Below, piece after piece: positions 1 to 11,770 of a stretch of 64,000 nucleotides of DNA. Positions within the stretch are counted from its first letter, which is position 1. Each line of letters opens with the position of its first letter. Location of the stretch: the NCBI RefSeq assembly GCF_009834535.1, contig NC_045698.1, forward strand, positions 6,760,001-6,824,000, read 5' to 3'. The stretch comes from Camelus ferus. Taxonomy: Eukaryota. The notes beneath the pieces were generated by a model, which was given only the letters and a program-made list of their open reading frames with translations, was not told where the DNA came from and did no database searches. The translations under genes were made by a program, and so were the position numbers.

Positions 1-540
1 ACAATGTGGTTTTTGTGCAGACTCCTAGCAGTAAGAATGCTGGATTATAATATGTGCATATTAAAATTTTTAACATACGAAATATATTTTAAAAGGTATA
101 CGAATCCATACTTGCAGTACAGATGCACGAAGAAGCCAGTTTCCCCACACTTAGACTAACACTTGATGTGAGTAGTCTTTTTAAATGTTCCCATTTTGAA
201 CGGCAAAACTGCACCTCTTTAATTTACACTTTAAAATGTATTAATGAGATTAACCATATTTTTTATATATTTATTGGTCACGTGTTTTTCATCTGTGTTT
301 TGTCTATTTACACCTTTTGTCTATTTTTTTTTATTAATAGAGAGCACATTGTAAATGTATTGTAAATATATATAACATGTATATTATGTAAATATAACAT
401 ACATTGTGTATGTATTATAAATATATAATATATATAAAACATGTATGTTATATAGCATGCAATTTACATACATTATATTGCACATAATTTCTCGAAGCTT
501 CTCTCGTATCTTTTAATTTCATTTATGATATCTTCTACTA
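1..540 (-). mobile_element. Old L1 (L1M-type) 3' fragment with an AT/(TA)n-rich patch at ~350-490
   Basis: Degenerate antisense L1 motifs (ccagtttccccacac, tttattggtcacgtg); recognised by eye. Confidence 0.55.
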
Positions 541-692
541 CCCCTGTTACACAAAAATCCTACTCCAGGCTTGCTGAGATGGTTCAACCTTAAGGAATCT
601 GGCAATATATTAATTATATTAATAAAAAATTTGTTGAGTAAGGAATTATATTGCCATATCCTGAAAAAATCTAATCAAGAAGAAACTTTTGT

Positions 693-846
693 CAAGGAGG
701 TGAAAGATTTATACATGGAGAACTACAAAACATTGAGGAAGGAAATTAAAGAAGACTTAAAGAAGGGGAAAGATATCCCATGCTCTGGGATTGGAAGAAT
801 CAATATTGTTAAAATGGCCATGCTGCCCAAGGCAGTCTACAAATTT
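693..846 (+). mobile_element. Young internal L1 ORF2 fragment, no poly(A), flanked by a 16-bp TSD
   Basis: Translates [51 protein letters not shown] (L1 ORF2). Flanks are aagaagaaacttttgt (677-692) and aagaagaaaattttgt (847-862). Confidence 0.85.
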
Positions 847-862
847 AAGAAGAAAATTTTGT

Positions 863-2000
863 GACTAAAGACTTTAAGTAAAATAAAAGTTCTCCAGATA
901 AAATTAAAATTAGATACTTCAGATAAAATAAAAACGTCTTAAAACGATTTTTTTAATGATACCAGAAAATATCATAAAGCATTATATTAAATTGTACAAA
1001 GGATTGCATTCCTACTAAATGCATTCCTACTGCACTTAGAAACAGGACAAAGGGTGGGGAATCCCCAACTAAACTTCAGTCCTGTTTAGGAGAATCTAGT
1101 TAGTGCAAGAAGGTATTGTTAAGTAAATGGTGCAAATATTGGAAAAGACGTGGAAGCAGCATCACATTTTTGCAGATAATGTGATTTTACAGCTAGAAAA
1201 TTCAGGAGGTTTAACTGAAAGGAAACCTCTTAGAACAAATTTTTAAAAACACAACCACATGAAGATGTCACCATGTAAGACAAATATTTGAAAACCTCAA
1301 CAGTTGTTCTCTACACTAGAAATAACCATTTAGAAATTAAAATGGTAGAAGTTTCCATTCATGACAACTACTAAAACTACATAATTACTAAAAATAAATG
1401 TATCAAAGAAGTCGTAAGATTTGGAACATATATTTTAATATTAATATTCTATAGAAGACATAAAAACAGGCTTTAGTCGGTGAAGACATGTCATACCCCT
1501 GGCTGGGAAGACGGAACATCATAAATGAGTCACCAATCAGTGTGTAAACTTAATGCGACTCCAATCAGAACCCTAATGGTTGTTTATGTGTTCTGATTTT
1601 GCTTTAGAAATTGGACAAATTGATTGTAAATTTCATACAGAACAGTAAGCTTGATTATTTCTGAGACTGTTTTGGAAAAGGCCGTTATAAGGGGTGTTTA
1701 TTCCCAGATATTTAAATGTATGTTAAAGCTACTCTAATCAAAACAATATGATCCAGGAATCCTGGCACAGGAATAGACAAATTGATGAGCAAAACAGAAC
1801 ATAGAGTCCAGAAACCAAACCGAAAATACTTGGGTTTTTAATATATGACAAATAGCTGGCAATTTAGAAAAGAAAAAATATGTATTTACACAAAATCTGA
1901 AAATGATTTCTAGATGAATTAAAGATCTAAATGAAAGATACAATCCATTTAATAATATATTAAAATATAGGAGTTATGCTTTTGTTTTACAGTCACTAAG
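863..2000 (+). mobile_element. Old, degraded L1 ORF2 region
   Basis: Motifs ttagaaacaggacaaagg, ttttgcagataatgtgatt, aatagacaaattgatgagcaaaacagaacatagagtccagaa. Confidence 0.7.
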
Positions 2001-2129
2001 AGAGGAAGGTGCTTCTAATAATCTATTTTGATTATATATTAATATCATCCCTTTACAGGTTTGGATATGAAGCCTACAGATGAGCAAAAGCAACTCATCC
2101 AAGGTCATTCAGTTCCGTGGAGACAGGGA

Positions 2130-4590
2130 ATAAATGATTCTGAGTGCTCACCTCTGGTGACTTTGAAGCTCTGTGCGATCAGGAAGAGGAGGCAAAATCA
2201 GCATTGCCAACTGCCTGACTGAGAGTTGAAGGAGCATCCAAAACGCACATAGAGACCTCTGACAAAAACTAGGGGACGTTGATGTCCAGGCATTTGAGGA
2301 AATCTCTGCCCAACCATTAGCTGACTACTAAGCTAACTGAGTAGAGACCGCAGCGTCACAAATGAAAAACATACAGACTTTGTAGAATTAGCTCAGAAAA
2401 GTCACCAAAGAAACAACAAGGACAAGAAAAATCCAGAGCGGAGCAGGGGTGGGAGGCGGAGGGAAATCTGATTTTCAGAGTTGCCACATTGTATTATTTT
2501 AAATGTCTTATTTTCCACACACACAAAAAAATGGAATATGCAAAGAAACAAGAAAGCATGGTCCATATAGAGCAGGTGGGTGGAGAAAGGTTGAAATCAA
2601 TAGAAATTGTCTCTGAGGAAGATCAGGCATTGGACTTACTAGAAGAAGACTTTAAATAAGCCACTTAAACAGGTTCAGAAGTAAAGAAGACTGTGTCTAA
2701 AGAACTAAAGGGAATATGATGTCTCACCAGAGAGTATCCATAAAGAATGCAAATAATGTAAAAAATCAAACAGAAATTTTGCAGCTGAAAAGTACAATAA
2801 TTAATATAAAAAATGCACTTCAATTTCAAAAACAGACTTGAGCAGGCAGAAGACATACTAAGTGAACTTAAAGGCAGTCAATTGAGATTATCTATTTTGA
2901 GAAACAGAAAGAAAAAAAGAAAAATAAACACTCTCAGAGACCTGTGGAACACAACAAAAATTCTCAACATATGAATGATGGGAATCTCAGGAGTGGAGAG
3001 AGAGGAAGGAACAAAAAAGGATATTTGAGGACTGTGGGAGCCCATGACTGGGTTAACAAATTGTAACAGATCCCAGCCACTTAACTCCTTAAAGAAGACG
3101 TGCTTAGTAACTGCCTTGAGGTTTTAGCAATGACCCAGGCCCCCAGCTATAAACGCTGGGCGTGCCTGGTGTTAGTCTTCTATCCCCAAAACAGCCTTGG
3201 GCTGGAATGGTAAACAACTTATAGAAAGCTGCAGGCTCAGAGGTGAGAAGGCTGGTTAGCCAATGACGGGTAAGCCCCCCTGAGGGGGCAACCTGAGACA
3301 GGCACAGCCGCCTGAGTCCAAGCTGTTAAGCAGCTGATTCTCTTACGTTCCACCCTGATAAGCTAAAAGGCTCAACACGATTATGATTCACCAAAAAGGG
3401 TCTTCTGACCTTGAGCCAAACACCAACAATAAACAAAGCCTTTGTACTCATTGTGATCCCACCCTGTCCTTCCCTAAATTCCTGCTTCAACTGTACTCAA
3501 TAAATATGAGAGATTTGAGAGGCTCGTGGAGTTGGCTCCTGACTCCCTCTTGTTCTCTTGACTTTTCCCCAGAGTCATGAGTAATTCATTCTGTCTCGGT
3601 GGGACTTCTGCTGGCCAGAACCCACAACTGGTGACGAACCCACAGAGGACTACCCAATTTTCATGAAAAAAATCAATCTACTCATCCAAGTAGCTCAATG
3701 AATTCAAAGTAGGATAAATTTAAGAGATCCACACACACATCGTCATCATCAAACTGTCAAAAGCCAAAGACCAAGAGAATCTTGAAAGCAGCAAGAGAAA
3801 AGTGACTGATTTTGTACAAGTGATTGATTCTCTTTTAGATTGACGGCTGATTTCTCATCAGAAACCATGGAAACCAAGAGTCAGTTGTATGACACATTCA
3901 AAGCACTGAGGGGAAAAACTGTCAAGCGTGAATTCTATATCTGGCAAAACTACCCTTCAGAAATAAAGAAGAAATTAAAATAGTCTCATATTTTTAAAAA
4001 CTGAGATAATTCGTCTCTAACAGACCTACCCTACAATAAATACTAACGGGAGCCCTTCAGGTTGTAATGAAAAGACACAAGACAGCAACTTGAATCCACA
4101 CAAAGAAGTCAATAGCACCAAATAGAGGTTAGAACACAGATAAATATAAAAGACAGTATAAATGACTGTTTTCTTTGTAACCTTTTTCTCCAACTTAATG
4201 TAAAGCACAACAGAATAAAGAAATAATACAAAACTGTGTTGATGAGCATACAGTGTACAAAGACCTAATTTGTGACAAGACCACCGCACAGGAGAGGGAA
4301 GGAATGGAGCTGTGTGAGAATAAAGTCTTTGCATAATACACAAATTAAATTAGTATAATCTGAACTAAATTGTTATACAAGAGGACATTAATTATCATCC
4401 CCAGGGCAACCACTATGAAAACAACACGAAAATATTTAGTACAATAAATGAAAAGAGAATTTTAATGGTACACTAGAATAAATGTATTTAACATAAAAAG
4501 ACAGCAGTAACAGAGAAATAGAGGAACAACAAAAAAACATATAAAACATACAGGAAACAAACAGTAAAACATTAGATGTAAAAGCAAGGT
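2130..4590 (+). mobile_element. Old L1 5' region/ORF1/inter-ORF (L1MD-like), interrupted by an LTR
   Basis: ORF1 motifs (gagaatcttgaaagcagcaagagaaaag, ctgatttctcatcagaaaccatgg, aattctatatctggcaaaactacccttc); 5' motif ccattagctgactactaagctaactgag. Confidence 0.8.
3033..3644 (+). mobile_element. ERV LTR (TGTGGG...CCCACA termini, 6-bp TSD, ERV2/ERVK-like) with PBS stub
   Basis: Inverted termini TGTGGG (3033) and CCCACA (3621-3626, again at 3639-3644). Perfect TSD gaggac at 3027-3032 and 3645-3650. AATAAA at 3428 and 3499; TATAAA at ~3148. Confidence 0.85.
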
Positions 4591-5330
4591 GCACATTCTT
4601 GTTCATGGTACCAGGTATGCGCGGGGATGGGTGGCCAATGCCAGGACTCAACAGGAATGAGGAAGGATGGGACGAGGACACATGGAGAAGGACACCCGGA
4701 AGCACATGCAGCAGATGGTCCCACTTGCCCCCATGCCGGCTTTTGAGCTGCTCCTGCCTGCCCCCAGGCTGTCTCCTGCTCAGCAGTGGGCTTGCCAAGA
4801 AGAGAAGGAAGCTGACACTAGTCGTGCTCTCCTCCAGGGACGCAGGGCGGGTACAGCAGCTCCAGGAGCTGGCCAGGTCCATGCAGCCCTGCCCTGGGCG
4901 AGGGTCACCCGGGGTCACCCTGCTGGAGAGGGCTGTCAGGAAGGCCAGAGGACCACTAGCACCACATTCCATCCTGTGGTCCCGGCATCAGCCTGCCCCT
5001 TGTGGATCCTGGAGCATCCTGACCTGACCCTTGACCTCAAGGAGAAGAATCTGAAGATGCTGCTCTGTCCTCTGCGGGGAGTGGACCCGCCCTGCCATAG
5101 TGGGAAGGTCAGGGAGGGAGGTGGGAAGGTAAACCTGCCACTGAGTCTGCGGCTGTGCGAGGCTGTGTCCAGAGAGCCTAGGGGATGAAGGCTGCGGGAG
5201 TCTGGGGACTTGGCCTGATTCCGCATCTGCCCTCACCCCCCAGGAAAGACCCACGGCCCCTGAGGCCTTCTCTTGACTCTGCACCCCTGCCTAGTCCTGC
5301 TGGGAGGGCCCACCGAGCAAGAAGCTGCAC
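4590..5330 (+). pseudogene. Unidentified GC-rich coding-like segment, possible degraded retrocopy
   Basis: Abrupt switch from AT-rich L1 to GC-rich sequence. Codon runs with GC3 bias (HMEKDTRKHMQQM; VQQLQELARSMQP; ILEHPDLTLDLKEKNLKMLL) fall in shifted frames. Parent gene not recognised. Confidence 0.4.
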
Positions 5331-5344
5331 GGGAAGTCACGCTG

Positions 5345-5740
5345 TGACCTGACCAGTTATGAGAGGTGGCGCCGAAAGAAGCTATTCCAGGCTATCAATA
5401 ATAAAAAACAAATTCTGTCAGCCTTGCTGGAGGAAAGATGGAATTAGCTTTCTGTTCTCTCTGCAAGAAATAATATTGCTAAATTATTGTCATAGGAGGA
5501 GGCAATAAAGAGAGCACAGAGGACAGCTCCGAGGAGGGGGTGTTGCAGACACGTGGCAGAAAGTCAGTTACTGCCACTGCTACCAGTAACAATTTCCTGT
5601 TAGTTTTTCTGGGTTTTATGATGTTTGTGATATTTGTCAGCTTTTCAAGATGTAGATTTGTGTGATTTTTCTCTCAGGTCATTCTCTAATTCTGTATAAG
5701 CTTCAAACCTCCCCCCGCCACACACAGGCCACGCCTGTCC
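5345..5740 (+). mobile_element. hAT-Tip100 DNA transposon 3' end (Zaphod/MER115-like) with fossil dimerisation domain
   Basis: From 5347 reads T*PVMRGGAERSYSRLSIIKNKF, resembling the hAT C-terminal motif TLPxxSxxAERxFSxL; followed by gaggaaagatggaattagctttctgttctctct and terminal tgtataagcttca. Confidence 0.7.
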
Positions 5741-6109
5741 CCACAAGCCTTGTGCAGATCGCCACGGGGGCCTCAGGGCAGGCAGGGCCCCCACCCCAGC
5801 GGCATCTTCCGTTGATCGTTACGGAGTTGGTCAGGGAAGTCTCTCACAATTTGGAAAACTTTTCCTTTATCTGTTTTGCCTCCTTTGTCATCACTAATGT
5901 GGTTTATTTTTGTCTTCCTCTTTTTGATTTAATCTGCTTTGTCCATAGTTTATTTCTATTTTCTAAAAATGGCTCTTGCTTTTGTGATTTTTGCTTCTTT
6001 GTCTTCTAGTTCATTAATTTCTACTATTGTTCCCTCTCTTTCTTCCCAGCAATGAATATGAACCAGATGTTTTTTTTTTTAGAAACTGTGGTACAAAAAG
6101 ATACGTCTT

Positions 6110-6635
6110 TTGTGGATCTATCTCCCTGTCATGGAGCTTTCGTTGTAGGCGGGAGTGGCGATAAACAAATGAACAAATAAAGGTGTACTTTATCATCAGG
6201 TGGTGACTGAGGTGCTGTGAGGAAAAATAAAGGTAAGTCAGGGGAAGCGGAAGGAGGGGGAAGGTTCTGTTTAGATGGGATGATCAGGAAAGGCTTCTTC
6301 ACAAGGGTGACACTCAAGCAGAGACCTGAATAAGGAGGGAGGGAGGCAGACTGTGCATTTTTCTGGGCCAAGGGAAGCAAGTGCAAGGGCCCTGGGGTGG
6401 AAACGGACTTTATGTGCTAACCAGAATAGCACAGAGGCCATCATGTTCCACTCAAACCAAGTAAGGAGAAGAGAGAGGGAAAAATTCAGAGAGGTGCCAG
6501 GGCTCAGATTTCTTGGAATCTTATAAACACTGCGGACAGCATGGTTTTAATTCTGAATCTGAAGGCAAGACAATGGAGCATTTTGAGCAGGAGAGCAATA
6601 AACCAGATTTACATATTTTAAAGCAGCCGCTGGTG
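6110..6635 (-). mobile_element. L2 3' region
   Basis: Antisense L2 motifs: ccctgtcatggagcttt, gatcaggaaaggcttc, agcagagacctgaataag, gcaagtgcaagggccctgggg. Confidence 0.75.
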
Positions 6636-6929
6636 CCGATAGGCCTCCTTTGCTTTCAATTCTGCTCCTGGGAACTTGTTCCTGGTGTGATACCAAAAGC
6701 CTGGAGTAGCTGGAGCCCGCCGGGAACAGCTGGGCAGGAGTAAACACAGGCTGTGGGCCCTGATGAAAATGAGGGAAAAACGAGTTTCACGAGAGGCTGG
6801 AGGATTTAGCCCAAGGCCCAGCTTGGAGTGTCAGGCAGAAAGTGAGACGTCAGAAAGAGCCACCCACACAGGGACAAGTTCCGGGAATCAGAACAGGCAG
6901 CGGAACGTCTGGTCCAGAGTCAGAGGGTC

Positions 6930-7900
6930 TCTTTTCATTTCTATTATTTTGCTTTTATTATTAATTTGTTGCACAAATAATACAAGTTGCTTGTCAATAT
7001 ATTAGCAACTACAGATAGGAGAAGAAGAAATGAAATCAGTCTAATTTACAAATCTAGAGATATCTACTGAATAATATTTTGATATATATAATTCCAATTT
7101 TTCTATAGATTTATTTATGAGTATATGTAAGTATACTTACATAGTTTTACATAAATAAAATCACATAGATTACCTTACATCTATTTTTCCATTTTATAAA
7201 TATCCTCATGTCCGTGAGTGTAGGTTAATGTAAATAATTTTAATAGCTACAGGATTATTCCTTGGTATGGATTTACCTGGGGTTTATTTAAACTCTCTCC
7301 TGGTCGTGGAGGGGTTTTTCACATTTTTGCCTTCGTGGAAAACCACAGCACAAAGCTTTCTAAATTTTTGGTTGGAGCTCTTATTGTTTCCTGATACTAA
7401 GAGCTTAGCTGTGGACTTGCCGGGACAAAGCATTCAGACTTTCACGTCTCAAGTACACCGGTCAATGGTTGTCCAAAACGCTGTGCTGATACCAAACCCA
7501 CCCTCACGCCTTGCCCGCCACCCCGCAGGAAACGCCAGCTCCGGCCACCGCATCCTTCACCACCGTCGACCTGCCAGCTGAACAATTCTACCCACTTGTT
7601 GTTCCAGTTTGCACTTTGGTAACAAACTTCTCATGCACTTTCTGGCCTTTGTTGAATCACCTACTTCCTATCTTTTGATGACTGTTGAGCACACTTGTCC
7701 TTTTCTTGTTGCTTTTGAGTGTCCTTACTATGTAAATAATTCTGTTACATACATAGGCTGTGATGGTTTCCCCGTATTCTGATGCTTATCTTTGAGACTT
7801 TTTTCTATAGACATATTTGAAATGTTTATGTCATCAGACCTGCTAATTTTTTTATTTTAAGATTCTGCTCAGAAAGACCTGTCCTGCCCCAAATTCCGTC
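6930..7900 (-). mobile_element. L1ME-type 3' fragments
   Basis: Degenerate antisense L1 3' motifs (tttaatagctacaggattattccttggtatggattta). Confidence 0.5.
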
Positions 7901-8577
7901 AATATGCAGTTTATCTGTAAGTCTTGGTAAAGACGTATATTTATGTGTTACCCCAGCTCTCTGTCTTGATCCCATTTGGCATTTGGCAAGAAAAAAAAAA
8001 AAAGAAACAAAGTCACACTGTTACCCCAGGGCTCCTTGTTACACTGAACATCCCTTGTTAGACTCACCCTCCTTTCTGGGTCAGGGTCTCCAGAGAGCCA
8101 TCAGCCTGTGCCTGGTTGCAGGGAGGTCTCCACACACTCCCATCCGGTATGGCACAGTCCCTAAACTGCCTTTGCTGCAAGCCCTCTTCAGGGGACAGGG
8201 CTGTCCCCAGCTCTGAGAGCGGCCACACACAGCTTCTCAGGAAGGAGGCGGAGGGAAATGACACTGCTGGCCAGATAGCCTGCCTGCTTGGCTTGACCTC
8301 TCCCTCCCCGTGTTTAAAAAGAAATGATGGATGGCGCTGCTGGAGACACCCTCAGACTCTTTGCAGAAGCTTGTCTGCACCCCCAGTGACCCAGAATGCA
8401 GACGGCAGACCCCGTGGAAGAGATGCATCTGGCCTTATCTTCCTCTGCTGCAGTCGCCCCCATCTGGACTGTGTCCCTAAAATCCACTCAGAGCATCAGA
8501 TAGTCTGAGCTTCAGGAGCAGTGTTCTCCATAAGACGAACTGCAAACAAAAGGAGAGGGCTATTCACCACACAGACT

Positions 8578-8790
8578 TTTTTTTAATTGAAGTATATTCA
8601 GTTTACAGTGTGTCAATTTCTGGTGTACAGCATAGTGTCTCAGTCATACATATACATACATATATTCATTTTCATATTCTTTTTCATAGATTACTATTAG
8701 ATACTGAGTATAGTTCCCTGTTCTGTACAGTAGAAACTTGTTCATCTATTTTACATGTAGTAGTTAATGTTTGCAAACTGAAATGTGCAA
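8578..8790 (-). mobile_element. Young 5'-truncated L1 3' end (cetartiodactyl type) with TSD
   Basis: ttttaattgaagtatattcagtttacagtgtgtcaatttctggtgtacagcatagtg; TSD tattcaccacacagactt (8561-8578) / tattaaccacacacactt (8792-8809). Confidence 0.8.
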
Positions 8791-9252
8791 ATATTAACCA
8801 CACACACTTCTGAAGCCACACAAAGCTTTGCTTTTCTCTTCAGATTTCTGTCCCAACGCCCTGAATTTTGTACCCATAAGTTGATTAAGCCCAGCAACGC
8901 TCCCAGAACTCAGGTACATGCCCACCAGTATCACTGAGATGTCCTCACTCTGGGGACACAACAGCTGTTTCTTAGAGGCAATAAACAGTGGTTTGGAATC
9001 AGAAACAGGAGAACATGTCCAGAGAAAACTTCCTGGGAGAAAGACCAAGACAGACAGGATCTGAATCTGGTTCAAATGACACAGTTCTGAGTTTTATCTG
9101 GAAGGTGATCTCCACAGACACTCAATGCTCTATTGTTTAACTGCGTCATTAGTATGATGGTCACGGATCACTTTTAAATTATAAAAATCTTCATCTACAC
9201 ATTTATTAGACCATTTTCCTTCTTCAAGGAAAATAAATGAGTTCTGCTAAGA

Positions 9253-9473
9253 CAGTTGTTCCCACCCTGGGGGTGATTTTTGTCCCCTGGGGACATGTGG
9301 CAACATCTGGGGACTTTTTTTTTTGCTGTCACACAAGGGAGGGGAGGTGCGCCTGGCCTCTAATGGGCGGAGGCCAAGGGCACCGCCATGCACTCCCAGC
9401 GCCCAGGACAGCCTGTCACCCACAAATGATTGCCCGGCACCAACTGCCGACTGTGTTGGAGCTGAGAAATCTG
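9253..9473 (+). mobile_element. MER20 (hAT-Charlie MITE)
   Basis: cagttgttcccaccctgggggtgatttttgtcccctggggacatgtggcaacatctgggga...gctgagaaatctg matches the MER20 layout and length. Confidence 0.8.
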
Positions 9474-10534
9474 GTCGAGAACAATGAGGAGAAGGGTCTC
9501 TTCTGTGGCCCCCTTTCAGGTTTTCACTGTTTAATCCAAGGAGACTGTTGACCTGGAGAAACCCGGGACCCCGGGAAGCACGTGAGGAGGCGTGGCTCAC
9601 TGCTAAACCGATGGGAGGTTCTGGAGAATCAGTCTTGGTTTTGGGGTCTAGCCCAGCCCCTTACGCTGGACCTTGTCATCCCCACAGTGTGACTTGGGGG
9701 TCCCCCACTGTGTGAAACCCATCCGCAGGGGTTCTGCAGAACTTCCCAGCCAGTCTGCGGGCAGGGCGTCGGGAATTCCCTGAGCACCGGTCCCGCCCTG
9801 TGTCCTCAGCCCCTGCGGCACAGGAACCACAAGGCCCCTCGCCACCTCCTTCCTTAGCTCCTTCTCCTGCTCCAGGTGAACTCCCGCCAGCCCTGGACCC
9901 TCCATCCCGTCTGTCGCTGCCCCAGCAACACTTCTGGAGTGTCTCCCGTCTCCGCCTGCCCATCGCTCCTCCTCCTGTGTCTGGTCTCCTACTGAGCAAA
10001 GGCTCCCTTCAGCCACGTGCCAGCCTCTCTCCCGGCCTCTCCGGCCACCTTCTTGTTCACGTGGTTTCCGCTCGCTGAGGCCTCCATCATCCGTAGTCGG
10101 CTGTGCCTCACCCGGTGCTGAGTGCCTGGTCCCCGGCACCCCCTCAGGACCGGCCTTGCCGTCCTGTCCCTCCTTGTGCAGATGCGTTAGGAGACCCGGC
10201 TGCAAATCATGGCTGTGCTGGTCACTCCGTTCCTCACTTGTCATGGGATCAGTAACACCTGCCTCAGGTCTCAGTTTTTTAAAATATTGAGATCAAGCCA
10301 GTTAGTGGCCGTGGTCACCGTCATCATCCAGGGAGCTTTCGTGTATTATGGACTCAACATTAATTTCTAAAAAGAAATAAAGAAGACAAGGTGTAATCGT
10401 TGAACACACCTGTGACCTTCCTGCTGGGTATACTTTACTTCAGGCGAGATTCTGAAGGTCTAACACCTGGCCCCGGCTGTCCCTGTGCCCCAGCGCTGTG
10501 GGGCAGGCTCCCCGAGCAGGGCTGTGGGGTCAGG

Positions 10535-10690
10535 TCACCTGAGCTTGGATCCTCATGGCCGAGGCATCCTGGGCAAACGCCAACATCCCTGAGGGCCCCG
10601 GTCCCGAATCTGGAAAGTGAGGGTGAAAATGAGGATGCTTTCTACAACGCTGTGAGGATTTACTAAACAACCTTTGTGACCATGTGAGGA
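10535..10690 (+). mobile_element. MIR
   Basis: MIR core remnants (cctgggcaaacgcc...atctggaaagtgagggtgaaaatg...gctgtgaggattta). Confidence 0.55.
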
Positions 10691-10999
10691 CAGACCAGCC
10701 CATGTGAAGTGTGAGGTAGGTTGCCAACCCCATGAGGGCTTCAGGGAGGACTGTTAGTAACAACCTCATGGTCTTTGATGCACATCCCACCTGAGAACCT
10801 TCCTTGCAAACTGGGAGCCACCTTGTGCCTTCAGCCTCTGACCTTGAAGCATTTAGTGACAGCGTGCAGTGACAGCCACTGCGGGCCAGGCTCTGGGCTA
10901 AGGGTGGTCGGGGAGAGTCCAGTGACTCAAACTTGTCCTCTTTGCCGGACAGAGCCGGTGCAGGACACCCCCCACGCCGTTTGAATGTCTCCAACTCCA

Positions 11000-11770
11000 T
11001 GAAACGAGGTTTACTGAGAAAATTAAAAGCTGATTATCTTTGTGTCAGGCCATAGGAAAAGGCTTATAGAGTGAAGATGAAAAGGAAAAGTTATTCAATA
11101 ATTATTTTAAAAGAGAGATGTGCAAATTGAAGTTTTTCCCTCTGCACCTATGAAATTAGGAAATGTAAAAAAAAGTCTTAACCAAGCAGTGCCAGTCAGG
11201 AGATAAAAAACCTAGCAGTTCTGTGCACTGCTAAGTGACAAGCCAGCGAACCCATGCAGTCTCCTTAGAAAGGAATTTGCTGATGCACTTAATGGCCACT
11301 GACTTGGGAATCCTATTTCTAAGAACTTTTCCTATTGAAATTATGCAAAGAGTAGGAAAAACAATAATACCAATTAAATATTATTTATAATAGTAAAAAT
11401 GGAGGCACACTCAATGCCCTCCCAAGAAGGAGGTAGGTAGGTAAACCGTAGTCATTCATCTTTCCAACAAATGTATATTAATTGCCCCTATTTCTGGGCA
11501 CTGTGCTATAGATCAGCTCAATAGAATATTCTGTAGTCATTAAAATGATCAATGAGAAAATACTTAACATAATAAGGGAAATGAAAATTTATAAAAATAT
11601 ACCTTTGTCATGCTGATAATCAGGTGAAAATTAAATATTTTTATTCACAGCATTTGAATGGGAACACGGGCTGATCCCAATGGCTGATTTATGGGGATGT
11701 GAACTGTGGATGATTTTCTTCCTCACTATTTATTAGTCGTTATTACATTATTTGCAATAAATAAAAAATC
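11000..11770 (+). mobile_element. L1ME-type 3' fragments
   Basis: gggaatcctatttctaagaacttttcct, gaatattctgtagtcattaaaa; terminal aataaataaaaaa. Confidence 0.5.

Noticed and set aside
571..864. 97-aa ORF
   Set aside because: Chance read-through into an L1 ORF2 fragment; not a gene.
4790..4950. bHLH-like look of KKRRKL...SRDAGR...QELARSMQP...TLLERAV
   Set aside because: Spacing and key residues do not fit bHLH/bHLH-PAS well enough to call.
4436..4972. 178-aa minus-strand ORF
   Set aside because: Antisense shadow of the GC-rich plus-strand segment, running into L1 sequence.
9648..10244. 198-aa minus ORF and overlapping ORFs
   Set aside because: GC-rich, low-complexity, stop-poor sequence overlapping repeat remnants; no protein family signature.
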